Assembly (NCBI GenBank): GCA_002633005.1
Contig: NMRA01000044.1
Location: 840,074 to 904,073 of the forward strand
DNA: 64,000 nt
Direction of reading: 5' to 3'
Source: Phoronis australis
Taxonomy: Eukaryota; Animalia; Phoronida
Positions 13,741 through 28,178 of the stretch are shown one piece after another (position 1 is the first letter of the stretch; each line of letters begins with the position of its first letter). The position numbers and the translations under genes are program-made. The notes below the pieces were generated by a model. It worked only from the letters and a program-made list of their open reading frames with translations. It did no database searches and was not told the DNA's origin.

Positions 13741-13788
13741 GTGAAGCGCACAACTGTTACGTGAAGCGCACAACTGTTACGTGAAGCG
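13741..13788. repeat. Tandem repeat, 20-bp unit x2.4
   Basis: GTGAAGCGCACAACTGTTAC twice, followed by GTGAAGCG. Confidence 0.9.
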
Positions 13789-15562
13789 GTATATCCCCTG
13801 TACCAAGCCTTTGAGCTCGTTCCTAGATTGCGCCACACCACTGACACGCCAGTCTCATCAATTCACGCGGTTGTCTGAACGATGCAAGCAGACACCAGGT
13901 ACAGCTATTGGTCGCATTGTGTACTGCTATGTTCAGCGACAAGACTATGTTTTCGCATTACATATCATTAATAAAAAATGCAGACTGTTTGTGTAACGTT
14001 ACGAACGCGAATTTATCTCCCTTTGTTAATATATATCCATAGTCAATAATTGACTTGTTTTTCCAGGTCCATATTCATCTAAACATGAAGCCAAGTCAAC
14101 GTCATGCTTTTAACAGTGACAGGAACTTTTCCTCTTTCGTTCCCTGTGTTTCGTTGATATCTGTATTGCAAGTGCCTTTAAAATCGTGAAACCAACCGTT
14201 TTCCTATGTTACGTTTACTAAATGCAGATCACTGGATATCTTGGAAACATATTTTCTGCGTGTTCTCAAAGCGTGTATTTACTATCCATGGCGCAATAGA
14301 CAGTGATGATAACGAATTAGCAAAGGAATCTTGCAGTATTTACCCGAAGTGCACCCTTGATGGTGATTCTCAGAGGAGAAGACGAATCTTTTTGATTTTC
14401 TACCTTCATCGGAAAAAAAAACAAACACGACCAAATTTGGTACAAATTCAGGACTGCCTCGGTTCCAGATTGGAGACAACATTCCAAAAGTCCTTGTCCT
14501 CTAGATTTCAGAAATGTAGGCTAAAATATGTCCTTATCAACTACCAGATTTCCCGCCAGTTATCCATTTGTGTGAAGAGTTCCTTATTTACAGCAAGTAT
14601 GCACTGACAATAGTTGGACTTTCTAATCCGGGTAGGGCAGAGTGGTAGGTTAAATAGGTGGTCTTTTTTACACAAAACAACTTCAAATAGTTACGGAATA
14701 CCATGTGCGGCAAAAACTAACATTTACTCTGTGTAGTGTCTTTTAAACGCTTTTCTTTGTATTTTTAGTGGGGAGCTAATTAACGTGCCTTTTTAGACTT
14801 TATGCAACTAAGTCCTAAGTCCCGGCTTTCTGACAAAACGCAATAATGAGATACCGGTGATTTCCGATAAAGCGGAAATGAGGGAAGAAAAAACGCCGTC
14901 TCTTCGCGTGATTCCGATTCACTTTCACTGGCGATCATTAACTAAGTGTGGCGAAGTGATCTCATGAGATCTCGACAAACTTGCAAAACACTTCGTTGAA
15001 CGCGCTTTGTGCGAAACAGAGACCACTGGCTACAGAAATGCATCTTAATCGTTATTAACAAGACAAAACATTCTTAGTTGCCGAGAAGTGTATCGCTTGT
15101 CAATGAGAAACTTCGTTCCCAGGAGGCTTTGTTGTTATCGAGTACTTGGCGAGTTTTTGTAAAAGGCTCTACCCGCAACAAAGAGCTCAGTACCAGTTAT
15201 GCGACGAAGATAGAGCAGTTTGGACTCTCAACCTTTGTTGGGAAAGTCATTAGAATTGATTCTTCTTGAAGTTTCAGCGTGTAAGTGGGGTTAATCATCC
15301 GTGAGATGCCGGGGATCAAACGGACGCACTTGACAAATGTTGTTCTTCCGAGGGAGCTAATTAATTACATGCAGAGAAGAGGTGCTCCCACCGGACGCAA
15401 AATTTTCTCGAGGTCAAAAGACATGCTAAAAATTTCCATACAAGTTACACCCATTTCTTTTAAACAACGTCAGAGATAAGAGGGTGTTGATCTGCCTGCG
15501 CAACATTTAAAAAAATATTTCCTCGCTTGTCACTTCCCAAAACCCAGACTGGAAGCCAGCCA

Positions 15563-15675
15563 GTTCAGTAACGCTAGGACCTCGCTAAAGAGCAAGACTT
15601 CGCAAGATTATGCGAGATATTGCCGTGTATTTTAAATGAGAACTTGTGACTTTGTCTAGATTTTAGCTAGGTCCC
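15563..15675. mobile_element. Palindromic MITE, copy 1
   Basis: Highly similar to 29114..29254 (GTTCAGTAACGCTAGGACCTCGCTAAA...TTTAGCTAGGTCC). Confidence 0.75.
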
Positions 15676-16579
15676 AGGTTACGTAGCCATATTCACTTCA
15701 ATATCAGATGAACCATTGTCTATGGCAAGAGAAATTTTGAAATAAGTTTCTCAAGTTTATGACGATCAGTCAAATTTTCTTTAGAAAGGAGTTGGATCTT
15801 AAAAAGGATATTCAGTAAAACCTTTTTGGTCATTTCAACCAATTCTTGTCCCTGTTTATGGACCAATTGCATTTCACTAGCCACACCAGTGTGGCATCAA
15901 CGGACGAGCCATACATAAATGCAAAAATAATTGCCACTACAAAATTTTGAATCAAAATTTTTCTAAAAGTTGTTTACACGTCTCGATGGTTCGTGAAAGT
16001 TTAATGAGATATGGGAAATAAATGACACTGCACGTATACATGTATACCCACTTCTTAAATATTGATTTCTACTCTGCTATAATTTTCCAATCCCTTAATT
16101 TTGAGTGATTTTTCTCGATGATCTCTGAACACCTGACCATTCTTGTTTTCACCTCGTGGTCTTGCGGAAAACATTGAGTTATTACGTCATATTACGTAAT
16201 TCATACGATGATCGCCTGGTATTCAGTAAGTATGTTAGGTATCGGAAGCCTGCATTACTTGAAAAAAAATGAAGACGGGTAGCTAATTACTCATAAAAGC
16301 CGATTATATGGTAAAGCAAAATTTCAAGAAATGGCACGAACGCGTATAAGTGCCTTGTAAAACATAACCGTGATCTCAGTGAGAAGGACTCGACTTGTCG
16401 GATTATCTGTGTATGCCTATTTGTTGCTTGTTCGTAACCGAAGGGACATCTGTCCGAACCGTAAATGAGGGCACATTTATATGTGTCTAGCGTCTCACCT
16501 GAGTAATAAAATCAGTTTTCAACAAAAACCATACTCACTCTGTCACAGAATGGATATTATGGTTCTTGGTGTGTGGTCT

Positions 16580-16898
16580 CAGTGGCGGATCTAGGATACC
16601 ATAAGGGGGGCCAACATGTTGCCTCGAGGAATTGGGCAAAGCGCGAGTGTATGTGCACAGGCGCCTGAAAGTTGCGGGGGCCGGGGATGTGGACCTCCTG
16701 TTCAGAAAATCGGTCGGTGGACTAAAAAAAACGGGAACGTGGTTCCTCCACCGTCTGGAGTCTGAGCCCCCTCTCATCCGCTACCGGTCCTAGTTACTTA
16801 ACTCAATATTTCCTCACGTTTCACGCTGTTGCTGTTTCATTTTGCTTGCGGCAGCCAAGGAGGGCCCCCTGNCCCCCCCCCCCCTAAATCCACCTATG
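16580..16898. mobile_element. GC-rich MITE with imperfect 5-bp TSD
   Basis: CAGTGGCGGATCTAGG ... CCTAAATCCACCTATG, flanked by GGTCT and AGTCT (4/5 match). Confidence 0.7.
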
Positions 16899-19800
16899 AG
16901 TCTTTCCCTATGCATAGTTGTGTAGGCCTAAACCGTATGTCACGCATCCCCGTTAAAGCTGAATTGTAAGGAGTTATCAGAATTTGCTTCAAACTTTGAG
17001 GAATGGTATTACGGTTACAGAGCATTAGTTCGTTTTAGAGAGCTGAATGGGAATGTCGTTATTAATATATGTTAATAGGCCAAAACCTGGTTTAGTATCA
17101 TTTTAAGGATATTCAGCTCATGTTGACTACCTGAGTTTGCAGACCAGCCCGGGGCTCATATTTGCGGGAAAATGCCAGGTTAGGGACCAAAAGTCACATC
17201 TGAATATACACTCGGGTATAGATTTGGACATACGCTCGGGTCTTGAGCAAACTGAAATCAATATAGTCAATGCACCTCATTGTAACTGCTTGACAGGTAG
17301 TAGTTTCAGTTGTTCAAAAGTTGCTTAAGTTTCGATTTTAGTGTCCATTTTCTATGAAACTGGCGAAAGTTTTAGGATTTAAAAATGCATATTTCCCCAA
17401 AATGTACACCGTAACTGGTCCTATCTGGGAAATTGTTCTTATACGCTAACTGGTTTAGCCTGTTTGCAGAAAACTGCGTGATAATCAGTACTCTCTAAAT
17501 GTTTCAAACAAATGACCCAAAATTCCTCGTCATGGGTTGTCCCGCCATAATAGTTATTACCAGTCTAATAAAACAGAGGTAACCATCATGACGTCATGTC
17601 GTAGCAATGAGATTTATTAACAAAGGTTTGGTCAAGGCGCAAACGCTTAAAAGGATACCAAACGGATATTAACACGTTAGCTCTTTGAAACAAAACGCTG
17701 TCTAGTAGATCTTCCCCGATTCCCGATCCAGTTCAACAACTCTAAATTGGCAAGCATGGCTAGTGCTTCGGGCGACTGGAGTTGATGGACGTACTGAGGG
17801 TAGGTTGCGCGCGTCTTGAACCATTATAATTTTAAAGCTACTGGAACGTTTGTTTAAAGTGCCATGAGATTTAAGAAAATTTTGAATTGTTTTAGTTGTT
17901 TTGTGTGTGTTCTTCATGGTTCATAATCACCAGTTCTTGTCAATTAAAACTATAATATTGGTTTGTACCCAAGTACGTCGATTTTAATTCCATTCATTAT
18001 CGTATGCAAGTTGGTCAGTTACGCGCAGTTTGCACTACATGAAGCGCCAAATCTTGTTCACGAAACAAAACCAAATATCAGTGATATCAAATGTGTGAAC
18101 AGCGTTGAAATTTCCAGTAGGTCGTATATGTGGTTGCCAACATTCGTGAACGAGAAAATGGAAGGCTTGGATTGAAAAAGCAGGACATTTAGGTCTGTGC
18201 CAAAACGGGTGAAATACCGCCGCCACCCCCAGATAGCGTTTTCTTTTTCTTTTCTTTGTTCGAGAGGGGAATTACATGTGTCTTAATACCCCATAATGCC
18301 CCAATTGCATTTCCTGTGTCGCCCGGTATGGAGTCAAATTTGCTGTTTGTGAAAAAGCCGGACATTTTGAATGTGTTGCGGGCCAGCGGGGAAAGCCTTC
18401 AACAAACGGAAAAGTACCGTCAAAAGCGTAACCGTTGGCAAGTACACTTTTACAAATGCGTCTATTTGTCCCCAAAATACAACTCTACATTTCGATTGTT
18501 AAGACACTCAAGATTTTGAAGATGTGATAAAGAACAGGGGACAACTATTAATTTCATGGATTTTTAGTACATTTATGTGTAATTATGTGTTTTAATGACA
18601 TCAAGCGACGGAATTATAGTTCAGTATATACCTCGGTGTGGCCTCAACTTGGTGCGTGGAGGTTTCATGAATATTCATGAATCCCGACAATTGAATGTCA
18701 TAATACAGAGCATCGTGTGGTTTTTGATAATTGTAATGATACATACACGCGTTCGATGAGACAATTGCGTGGAATGAGAGCATAAAGATATGTACCCTTT
18801 CCACGCTTTTTTCAGGACAAACACTACAAAGGGAGTTTGAGCGCAAACCAGTCATTTAACAAAATGATGTTCTTTCAACTTTAGAATAATCAGAATAAAA
18901 TACGGAATTTTCAAAATCACGTTTCTATTTCTAGTGGAGCATCAACAAAATGTCCGCCACAGTTAAACGACATCGAACTTTACTTTTTATGAACAACCAA
19001 TAAAAACGCAAATTCGCGAAGGACTGTAATTTACGAAGTGTTCCCGTTGCGTCTCTCGACTGATGAAACGCATTCCTTGTTCCTGGTAAAATAAAGAAAA
19101 AGCTGTCTTTATACATGAAAATTTAACACGACTTAGGTCAACAATTCCATTTATTACGAAACATACAACCCGATGGATCAGGGTGGAAACTGGAATCAAC
19201 GTTATATTATTGGGTTGAAGCAACCGATCGATGAATAAATATAGGTAGGAATAGGTGAATACCCGATGTGTATACATGTATTTACTGCATCATAATTAAG
19301 TCGTGGTTGATACCATTCGTATTTTACAAATAAACAGGATAGTTGCACCGGCGAATGCCTTTCAACTTATTCTATTTGGTGAGCACGGCTCCATCGTTGT
19401 TTTTTCATATATTTCATTGGTTGTTGGCACCATAGTTTTGCACATCCGTTGCAACTATTGTTTTGTGCCAACAGGTCAATGTCCTGATTGAAATACGTCC
19501 ATTTGCAATGCGTCAAGATACTCTTTTAGTACGGTAGAAACCAATGTCCATTACTAAATGACTTTAAGCGTAATTCCTGGTGATAAATTAACGAGTCGAT
19601 TCTATTAACCTGCTGGATATAGGTTGGTGGCTGTGTGTGTAGATATTGTACTTACTTCATGAATTTTTACCCCTAAACAGTTAAGTATGTTATCAGCATG
19701 TGTAACTTTGACCGACCGCCAGGAGCGCTGATTAGTCCGGCATGCTGTAATTGGATTTCCGAGGGTTTGGATTTCTTCTGCCAATGATTGTTTTTTTATC

Positions 19801-20417
19801 TAATGAATGTGGTTTTCAAATAAAACAACTAATTGTTTTGGATCTCCAACAAGCTTTCAGAATATGTAGACGAGGCCCTGTCATGATCAAATTTCTGGTG
19901 AAATCGGTACATGTCGATGTAAAATAAAACTTGAAGTAGAATTTTTGCCCACTCACTCGCACACTAGCGATCAGACTCGGTATGCAAATTTTAGACTAAT
20001 CGCTGACCATTACACAAGACATTGGACTTCACAGTCACGACGACTCGTTTGGACGCGACCGCGATGAATCAGTTTGACGGCTACAAGTTACTCACAGTGC
20101 TAGCGCCGAAAGTAGGCCTACCGGTTTCACGTCCCAATAATGTTTAATCGTTACAAAAATGTGTTTTGATTACACAATAATAAATTGGAGTTGACTCGAC
20201 GTCTGACACGACCTTGAAAAGTCAATTGTATCGTGTTTACACCCTATTAGAATTGACCAATAGGGAAGCAGTTTTCATGCAATGTAACTTTACAAGAAAG
20301 ATAAACAAATAATTGCAGGGTGTTTTGCACGTTACCAGACGCGATCAGGTGGGTCCATCGCACCTTAGATACTCTATAGTCTGTGCCTGCATTGGAACCA
20401 CTTTATGCTTTATTAAT

Positions 20418-20545
20418 ACATAGTTAAATCCGAGCTGAGGAAGTCTAGAGTCCGGCCTCAAGGTTCTACTGCGCTCTTGTGGGAGTCGAACCCACGAACT
20501 TCTGAGTAAGGGAAGCGGACACTTACCCGACTAGACCACACCACC
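20418..20545 (-). mobile_element. tRNA-derived SINE (Pol III head)
   Basis: The minus strand reads GGTGGTGTGGTCTAGTCGG (A box) ... GGGTTCGACTCCC (B box), followed by a non-tRNA body. The acceptor stem does not close. Confidence 0.65.
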
Positions 20546-23500
20546 TGCTCCTCTCAGTGACCAGAAAGATAACATTACCAGTGGCGGATTTAGGGGGGGC
20601 AAGGGGGCCATGGCNCTGAGTACTACGTGTTTCTGGAAGGAAAAACTCGCTATACTAAATCGTTTTCATGTGACTCATGTGACTGACTGACTGACTGTGG
20701 AACCTGAATGATGGTTGGTTCATCTACAACTACTAATACGTATTTCCAAACTCGTAGACGGTGTCATCAACGTCTACGACTGGCTCGTCACAAGGTGACA
20801 GGCGCGTTCACACGGAGACCTGACGCTAAAGGCGTTCCGCAATGAGAACACTACACGTATAATGCTCACAACCACTGGCCGGCTTATTAGTATATGATCA
20901 CCAATATCATTTTCAGACAGACACTCAGGCCTATACCAGAATTCACTTGGCGAACAAAAATGACTGACAAGCGCGCATACACGCACTCACACGCACGTTG
21001 GGCAACTGTTTTGATTGTCTGATGTCACAGGATAAGCCGTGTTTTATAGGTCGGCAACTATGTGCTGTTTATCAAAACTAAAATTTATTTGTCGCGCTTG
21101 TTTTGAAACCGTTTTTTGGTAAATTTAGCTTATTTTTCTGACACTGTAGTCAATTTATAAACTACTGAAAACCGAAGTGTGATTCAGTGAGCCGATCCGA
21201 CTAATCTATATTCTGCCCCCTTTTTTAATTCTGATAGTTGTGTTAGTGGCCGATATGTCTGCTGATTTTAAGTCCCAATACTTGTACATAACAGTTTGTC
21301 ATTTGACTTGAGCAATAACGCCAATAAAGACAATCTAATACAACAGCGATTCAGCCGATCAGACACGCCGTATTTGCAGGAGGGCTTACTCGTAGCGTCG
21401 CGCTTACGAATTGAATAATTGTTATCTTTTTATTAAAATCGACAATATATTTCTGAGTAACTACAATATGACAAATTGAACAAAAACTCTTCAAAAGGGT
21501 CAAATTCCCTTTTACAGCGGACAACGGACAGAATTCAATACACTATCTCAAACTGAAAATAGCAAGAGGTCAACGACTGGAAACGGACGTTGAGATCTGG
21601 GGGTGAAGACTCGACAAACGTTCAGTGCCAAAATTTTGACAACTTTCGTATGGCGCCACCGTGTACCTGGAACGTATAACTAAATCGTTGATGTACACGA
21701 ACAAAATCAATAACAAAGTCCATCGTCACGGAAACCTGCGAACACCTTGAATCGAGCGGCCGTGCCCTCTGGAGCAACGAGAACATTTTGTTAACCAAGT
21801 TTTTGCAATCATTAATGAACGGAGTCAACGCGAATTGTGTAGATTTATCTTCAGGTAAATGTGACATTAATACTTACTTATAACACTCGAGGGACGAAGA
21901 GCAAGGACGTAGCACACGTGACTAATGACTCGTCCTCGAACTATTGACCGTCTTACGCGTAGATGTCACGTGCGCAATGGATTGTGGAAATCGTTCGTTC
22001 GCAACAAATTAAACATCAACATTTCCAGAGAAAAAAGGACATCTTGCAGATCTGTTCTCTGGGATGCGCGCGTATCATGCTGTTTTCTCTGTTCATAATA
22101 AGGTCAGTTAAAACGACAATGAGCAATGTTTTGCAAATCAAGGAATTTACTGCTTACTCCTAGAACGTATGTCAAACCATTTTTAAGTTAAATGTTTAAA
22201 ACTGTTCCCCTGTTGAAGTTAGAAAGTTTTGCATTAATATTGGCATCGACAATAAGGCAGTCATACACAGCAAAATCCTGGCCAAAGGTTTTGTTGCAGT
22301 TGTGCACATACGGAATAGCTTCGCAATATGTACGTTGGCCAATGTGCAAAACCATGACGGCGACGTCATTGAAGCCAATACTGTCAACTCGTCAAAAAAT
22401 GACGATATGGCCCAGGGCTCTTCACGCGAATACTTTTGTAAAACTTAACGAATTCCCTCGAGAAATAGAGAAGTTGCGCGCAAAAAATAATTCCCTACGT
22501 GGATGTGTGAAAATTGAAACCTGGATAAAATTGGGAAAACACGGTCGAATTTCAGAATGCTGACGATGTGTGCTACGGCAATTTGAAAGCATATTGTTTG
22601 GAAAGTTTGGTCGAAATCCCCTGAGAAATGTGACAGGCCGGAGTTGAGCCCAAAAGAGTATTTCCCTATTAGGGTGAACGGGACATAATTCAGGAATATA
22701 CCGTGTAATCGCAGCTCGATGTGGGCTAAAGCACTTCGTGTCATGATTTTTCGCAAACAGCACCGCCCCCCATTGGCGTGCAATCAGAGCCAAAATTGAA
22801 AATATCCGCAGTTTTAAGAGTTTCCGAATATGAACATAATTGTGTCAGCGAGTGCCAACCAATAGCATGGACATAGTTTATTTCATAAGTTTTTACATAT
22901 CGTACTAAGATATGCGAGGGCAAATAAGCAGAATAATTCCACAGCATTGAAAATTCAAGACGGATTTATTGTTCCAATTGGCCTTGGTGAGCTTAGCATT
23001 GTATCTATAATGCTGGTTCCTGTGCTAAAAAATACTGTTGGGCTCATTGGGTTATTACTTAACAACTAGCCGCATCGTCAAATCTGGCAAATATGCGTGT
23101 TCGCCGGATTAGAAATGAATCAAAATGTGTTTTAAACATTATCACGTTGTGTGCGGGTATACTTTCATAACATAAGACATTTGACAGAATGTTTACGATT
23201 GGTGATAAGATTGTAAATGAAGCATGTTGCATGATTAAGATACTGATTTGTAAGTTTTCTCCCAAGAATGACGTGTAATTGGTCAATTTCAGAGTCAAGT
23301 TTCGAGTACACTGGCTTCACTGGGGACATCAAAAAAGATGCCAAAGCTCCTCGGGGACTACAATTATATGTGTTTATAAACATGTCGGCAAACTTTGTGC
23401 CGGGGATTCCCTAGCAACGCAAAGCCATATGGGATTTTTTTTCTGAAACAAAGACCGAAGCAGCCTAAATGGGAGCTCTTTAGAGATTGTTTTGAATATC

Positions 23501-25345
23501 AGGCACGGCACAAAGGTGCCATTACTTTCCCTGGTCCTTTCGGCTGGAGAACGTCTATAATATTTCAAGGGAGATGTTGCCCAACTACCACGATAGCCAA
23601 ACTGTCAATAACATGAAACCTGATATTTCGAGTCCGTGACTGGTGTTTCTTCGACTCCCCGTTCCACCCGAAAACACGAGGTTGTATTCTGCTAGAACAT
23701 AACCTGCCTCCTTTGAATTACTGCGAATCGTTTAGAATATTATCTCATTCGAGCTCAAACATTAGTGATTGTCATACACGCTTAAATTGGTGATAGCCTC
23801 GAACTGCTTACTCAAATTGCAAGTCGTAAGATCGCAATCACCGAGTTGAATTACAGTCTAAAGTGCATACGTTTATTCCCTTTTACAGCACTTTTAAAGT
23901 TTACTGTTGAATGAGGGCGCCGTGGTAAGCAACACAACTTTCAGAGAGAGAGAGAGGGCCTCATCACATTTTTTTCTGACGCAAAATAACAAAAGGACGT
24001 ACACGGTTTCGATTATGAACGCTTATGTGCTTTATCTCTTATCGAAAATATTTTGCGCCAATAAACAGAACAGAGTAACGGAGAACAATCTACACACAAC
24101 CAAGGCAACTTTTGATCTTGGATTAATACTCTCGACCACTTTATTATTCAGAACAATGCGATTTCAAATTAACAAAAAACTGTGAATGGCGTTTTTGTTT
24201 GATTGTTATGCGTATGTGATTGACTGCACCTAAGCAGAAATGCAAATGTTTTTTCAATTATGTGTAAACATAAAGTAAGTCTTCGGCTTGATGAATAAAA
24301 AACATCTGTCCCTAAAGCAAACTTTTGAGAAAATGGAAATCGTGAAAAACCATTAATTTTCCCAAGAGATCTCATTGGCGTATAGAATAGATTACAATTG
24401 CTAATAACGCATCATTCTACGTCTATTCAATGTTCAGAGTTTCGAAATGCCCTGCAACATGAAAAGCAAATAGGTAAACAGTTTCATTCCCATTGCAGTA
24501 ATGAATTTCAAAAGAAGTTAAAGTTTTTCGGTGTCATTTTGGGCGTTTGCCTGTTGGTAAGAATTACAAGCGGCTGTAAGGTATCGCATGAGGGGCAACC
24601 ATAATTCTCGAAGGGAAAATGTAGAATATTCGCGTAGTCCCTAAATAAGACATGAGGGCGGCGTTTTTCTTTTTTTGTTCAGACCCAAAAGAAGAATCTT
24701 GGCCCATGGACACCTCCCATAAATCTGCGTATGAGGATTAGGTTATCACTCGGCACGTTCGTGGCAACGTCAACTAGAAATCGGTGGGCATCATCAGTTG
24801 CAACTTACACTTTGAAGTCAACTTGAACAGAAGATTGTGAAGAATTTTGTTGATTTTGGTAATAAGGATGAACAGATGAAGCTGTCGGAATGGAAATACA
24901 CCTTCTTTCCTATTCCCATGTTGTATTCCTCAAACGTTCCAATTAGACTATTCAGAAATTGGTTATTGGTTGTATATAGAACCCTGCATTCGTGTAATCT
25001 AGTAGTCATGACAACACATTATCGATGAATACCTTCCGAAATGAATGAAATAAAACAAGAAATTAGGCTTTGCAGTCAAAGAATTAATGTGTAGTGTCAA
25101 TGGGTTCTGCTTTATTTACAATACAAGGCCCTTCGATACGGTTTGTTGCCTGGCAACAGTTCTTCATGCATCATCCAAAACTGGTCAAACACGGCAGTGT
25201 AATTATCTGTTGGTTGCGTCGTTCCAAACTCTACCACCGGAAGACAGGAGCGCACGCTGTTTGTCAACTGATAAGACTGTCGAGTATTAAACCAGTTTTG
25301 TACAGTGAAAGAAAATATTAACCCAATAAATGTTTTTGTTTACAG

Positions 25346-25642
25346 ACATCATGGAATTATCGACGGCAATACATATTGAGTTTGTTAATATATCAAAGAC
25401 GCAGTGCATTTTGGAGTGGACAATTTGGCCCAACGCTAACGTAACAGGAGTTGAACTAAACGTGAAAAAGTTGAGTGCAGATGCTGTGCATCGGAGATCT
25501 GTGACTGAGTTGGGAAGGTACAACACTACGTGGACGATAACAGATTTAGAAGTACAAACAACATACCAAGTTTTCATAGAAGTCTATTTCTACGACGAAA
25601 ACTCGTGCAAAAGTGATAAACAGAATTTTACAACACTCGCGG
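25346..25642 (+). CDS. FNDC4/FNDC5-like protein, exon 2: fibronectin type III domain
   Basis: A 297-nt symmetric phase 1-1 exon (TTTACAG| ... G|GTAAGT). FN3 hallmarks are the LEWT tryptophan, TITDLEVQTTYQV and a terminal FTT. Confidence 0.9.
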
Positions 25643-27794
25643 GTAAGTTCAGTCGTACAAATTTTGTAATGAAATCAGTTAGGCTATTGTTTCGACAACG
25701 ACGTGCAGTAATCGTTTGTGCAAAGTGTGATTAAGGTCTTTGGTCTTCTATTATTGAAAAGGGAGAAACGTTGATTTCGGTAATTCAATGAAAAGTTGGA
25801 TGACCGACTTTATCATTCATGTGAAGTATTCAGTTCGTGAATCATGAATCGCAAAACTGCTTGGCGAGCCGCCTGACGCTGAGGACTTGTGACTGAGTGA
25901 TTCCCGCGCGAACTGCGTCGCCCACTGTCTGTCTGTACTCCATGACAACAACCCCAAGGGTCCATTTCATGAAACGTAGCTTTAGACTTCTGTCAAACAT
26001 CATGAAAGTGATTTAAGATTTAAGACAGAAATTTGGCCTTAGCTCGACACAACCATTTCTGAAAATAATTGAATCTCACTTCTGCGAAAGTCCAAAGTCT
26101 CTGAGAATATACACCTAACTGATAGTTACTGAGATAATTTCTTTAAAATATTTCTAGGCTGTGATTCGCTCATTATTTCTAGGCTAAGCCCCTTTTCAGC
26201 AATTGTGAAGTGGGGGCTAATTTTCTATCTTCAGTCTTAAGTCACGAAAAAGACCCCTCGGCTCTGGACCATCCGGCGAACTAACTACCCGAGTCTGAAT
26301 CGTCTATTCGAGGAGGAATTCTTGGCCTTCACCCACTGCACACAGCATCTCAAACACCCTGCACAGTAACTCTCTTTGTCCACCAACCAAACAGTCAGGT
26401 TCTGTGATTCATAATTTACCGTCGCATAGAACAAAATTCGCCTTCCTGTATCTGTCGTCACAGATCATTGGACAAAACATCATGTTTTACCTTTTTATGC
26501 TTGCTTGGAATGATGAATTATGGGAAATATGTATACAACTCGCATAGCTTTACTCAGTGCGTATACTTCACGTGATTCATCGTTCGAGGCATTCGTGAGA
26601 GGAACCGTAAAAAGCAAATTGCTCAGTCGGTGTGTTACCGTGACCTAGGTTGCGTTCCGTATATCCAAGACATCAATGAAGCACTTGCGACAATAAAACT
26701 TCCATTATGGAATAGACACAGTACAGTGAATTCTATCCACAGTTCAACACCCAACCTAAGGTGGCCACTCAACAGTTTTTGCTGATTTGTGGTCTTGAGA
26801 AACCAGGCTTTGGCAGTTGCAACAGTATGTTACACAGTGTGTACAAAACCTGAAAATATGAGCGGTATATTGGGTCAAAGACTTCAAAAACTGTGTACAA
26901 ACTCTATCGCAGCACAAAACTTAAAATGCCCATCCAACCCAACAGGCGCCAGGCAATTTTTAATGAAACTGGGACAGGAATATTGAACCGTGGCTAACAA
27001 AACCATTGATTGCCATCGAACTGACCGTTTGCTATAGGGTACGCTCAGTACTAAAGTAGACCTTCCGAGCATGCTCGCGTGATATTGCTTTTTTGTCTTG
27101 TTTTCTACGCCTACTGAACGCATCCCTGTACAAGTAATGGACACATGACGTAATTTATGTTCCGGAAGAATGCACGGACCCTCTGTTACAAACGTGTTTA
27201 ACCGAGGCCAAGTCATGCAATGGCTAAGACAGTTTCCGCTACTCGGATAAAACGTGAGGACCGTCATAACCTTTCTCAGTAATCTTCAATAGTATACATT
27301 TCAGATATCATCTTATAAACTAGCAGGTTTCATGAATTGACAAGTAGTATCCGGAGGTATTTGGAAGGAACGTGTCCCTTAGTAGTGTAGTGGTTATCCG
27401 TTTACACTTAGATTTCTGCACTCACTTCCCATTCACTGACGTCAATGGAAACCAAGAAATGTTTTAATTATGCCCCGATAGCATCAGTTTCAATATTTAG
27501 TTTAAATAGACATAAACTACGATTGAACTGATAAAGCGATCAAATTTTGAAAGACCTGATCAATCCGATAGACGTTCGAAACATTTTGGGCCCTCCAACA
27601 TTTTACCCTGCTCTTTAGAGCTGTGGTAACGGAATGAACTGATTGCTACCACTGTAAGGAAATCCGAGACCGCTTTAATTCTGGCCGGAATTTGTTAAAA
27701 CTGAGGGAAAGACAATGAAGTTTAAAAAGTGTGTTCTGTAGCTTGGTGATATGTAAGCGTTGTCTCGTTTTCCTGCTCGCAAGGATAAAATGTC

Positions 27795-28018
27795 CATGCG
27801 CGTACCCAGGGGGGTTCGGGGGGCTCGAATGNCCCCCCCTCCCCCCCATTTGGCTAAGCGGGCAAAAAGGTCCGCCTGTGAGAAACGAAAAGTCCGAGAA
27901 AATGAGACAAACGTCCACTAAACAAGCACAGTTTTATTTTTTTAGTCCGCCGGCTATTTCGTTACAGCTGGTCCACAGGAATTCGAGCCCCCCATATTGA
28001 AGGCTGGGTGTGCGCATG
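27795..28018. mobile_element. MITE with TIR CATGCGCGTACCCAG and 5-bp TSD ATGTC
   Basis: Ends in CTGGGTGTGCGCATG. ATGTC lies at 27790-27794 and 28019-28023. A second copy is at 46658..46866. Confidence 0.85.
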
Positions 28019-28178
28019 ATGTCTGTCCACATTCTTGTAATAAGTGAGATTCAGGTGTTTAATGTCCGTCTAGCAAGCGGCTACCGAGCAAGTGCAAGGG
28101 AGAAACTCGAATTAGTGGTGATCTTGTGCAGTCGTTTTATAAACTGGAATAATTATGTTTACTTTACTTCGATTTCAG

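Noticed and set aside
20474-20545. Possible tRNA genes (also near 1127-1205, 35348-35405, 42240-42290 and 60025-60090)
   Set aside because: A and B boxes are present, but the acceptor and anticodon stems do not pair. They are better explained as SINE heads.
22192-22793. Overlapping 112-123-aa ORFs, possibly a transposon or nested gene
   Set aside because: No catalytic or domain motif I can support.
28010-28178. N-terminal part of the 197-aa ORF
   Set aside because: Intronic read-through that starts inside a MITE. The real exon begins at the acceptor at 28179.
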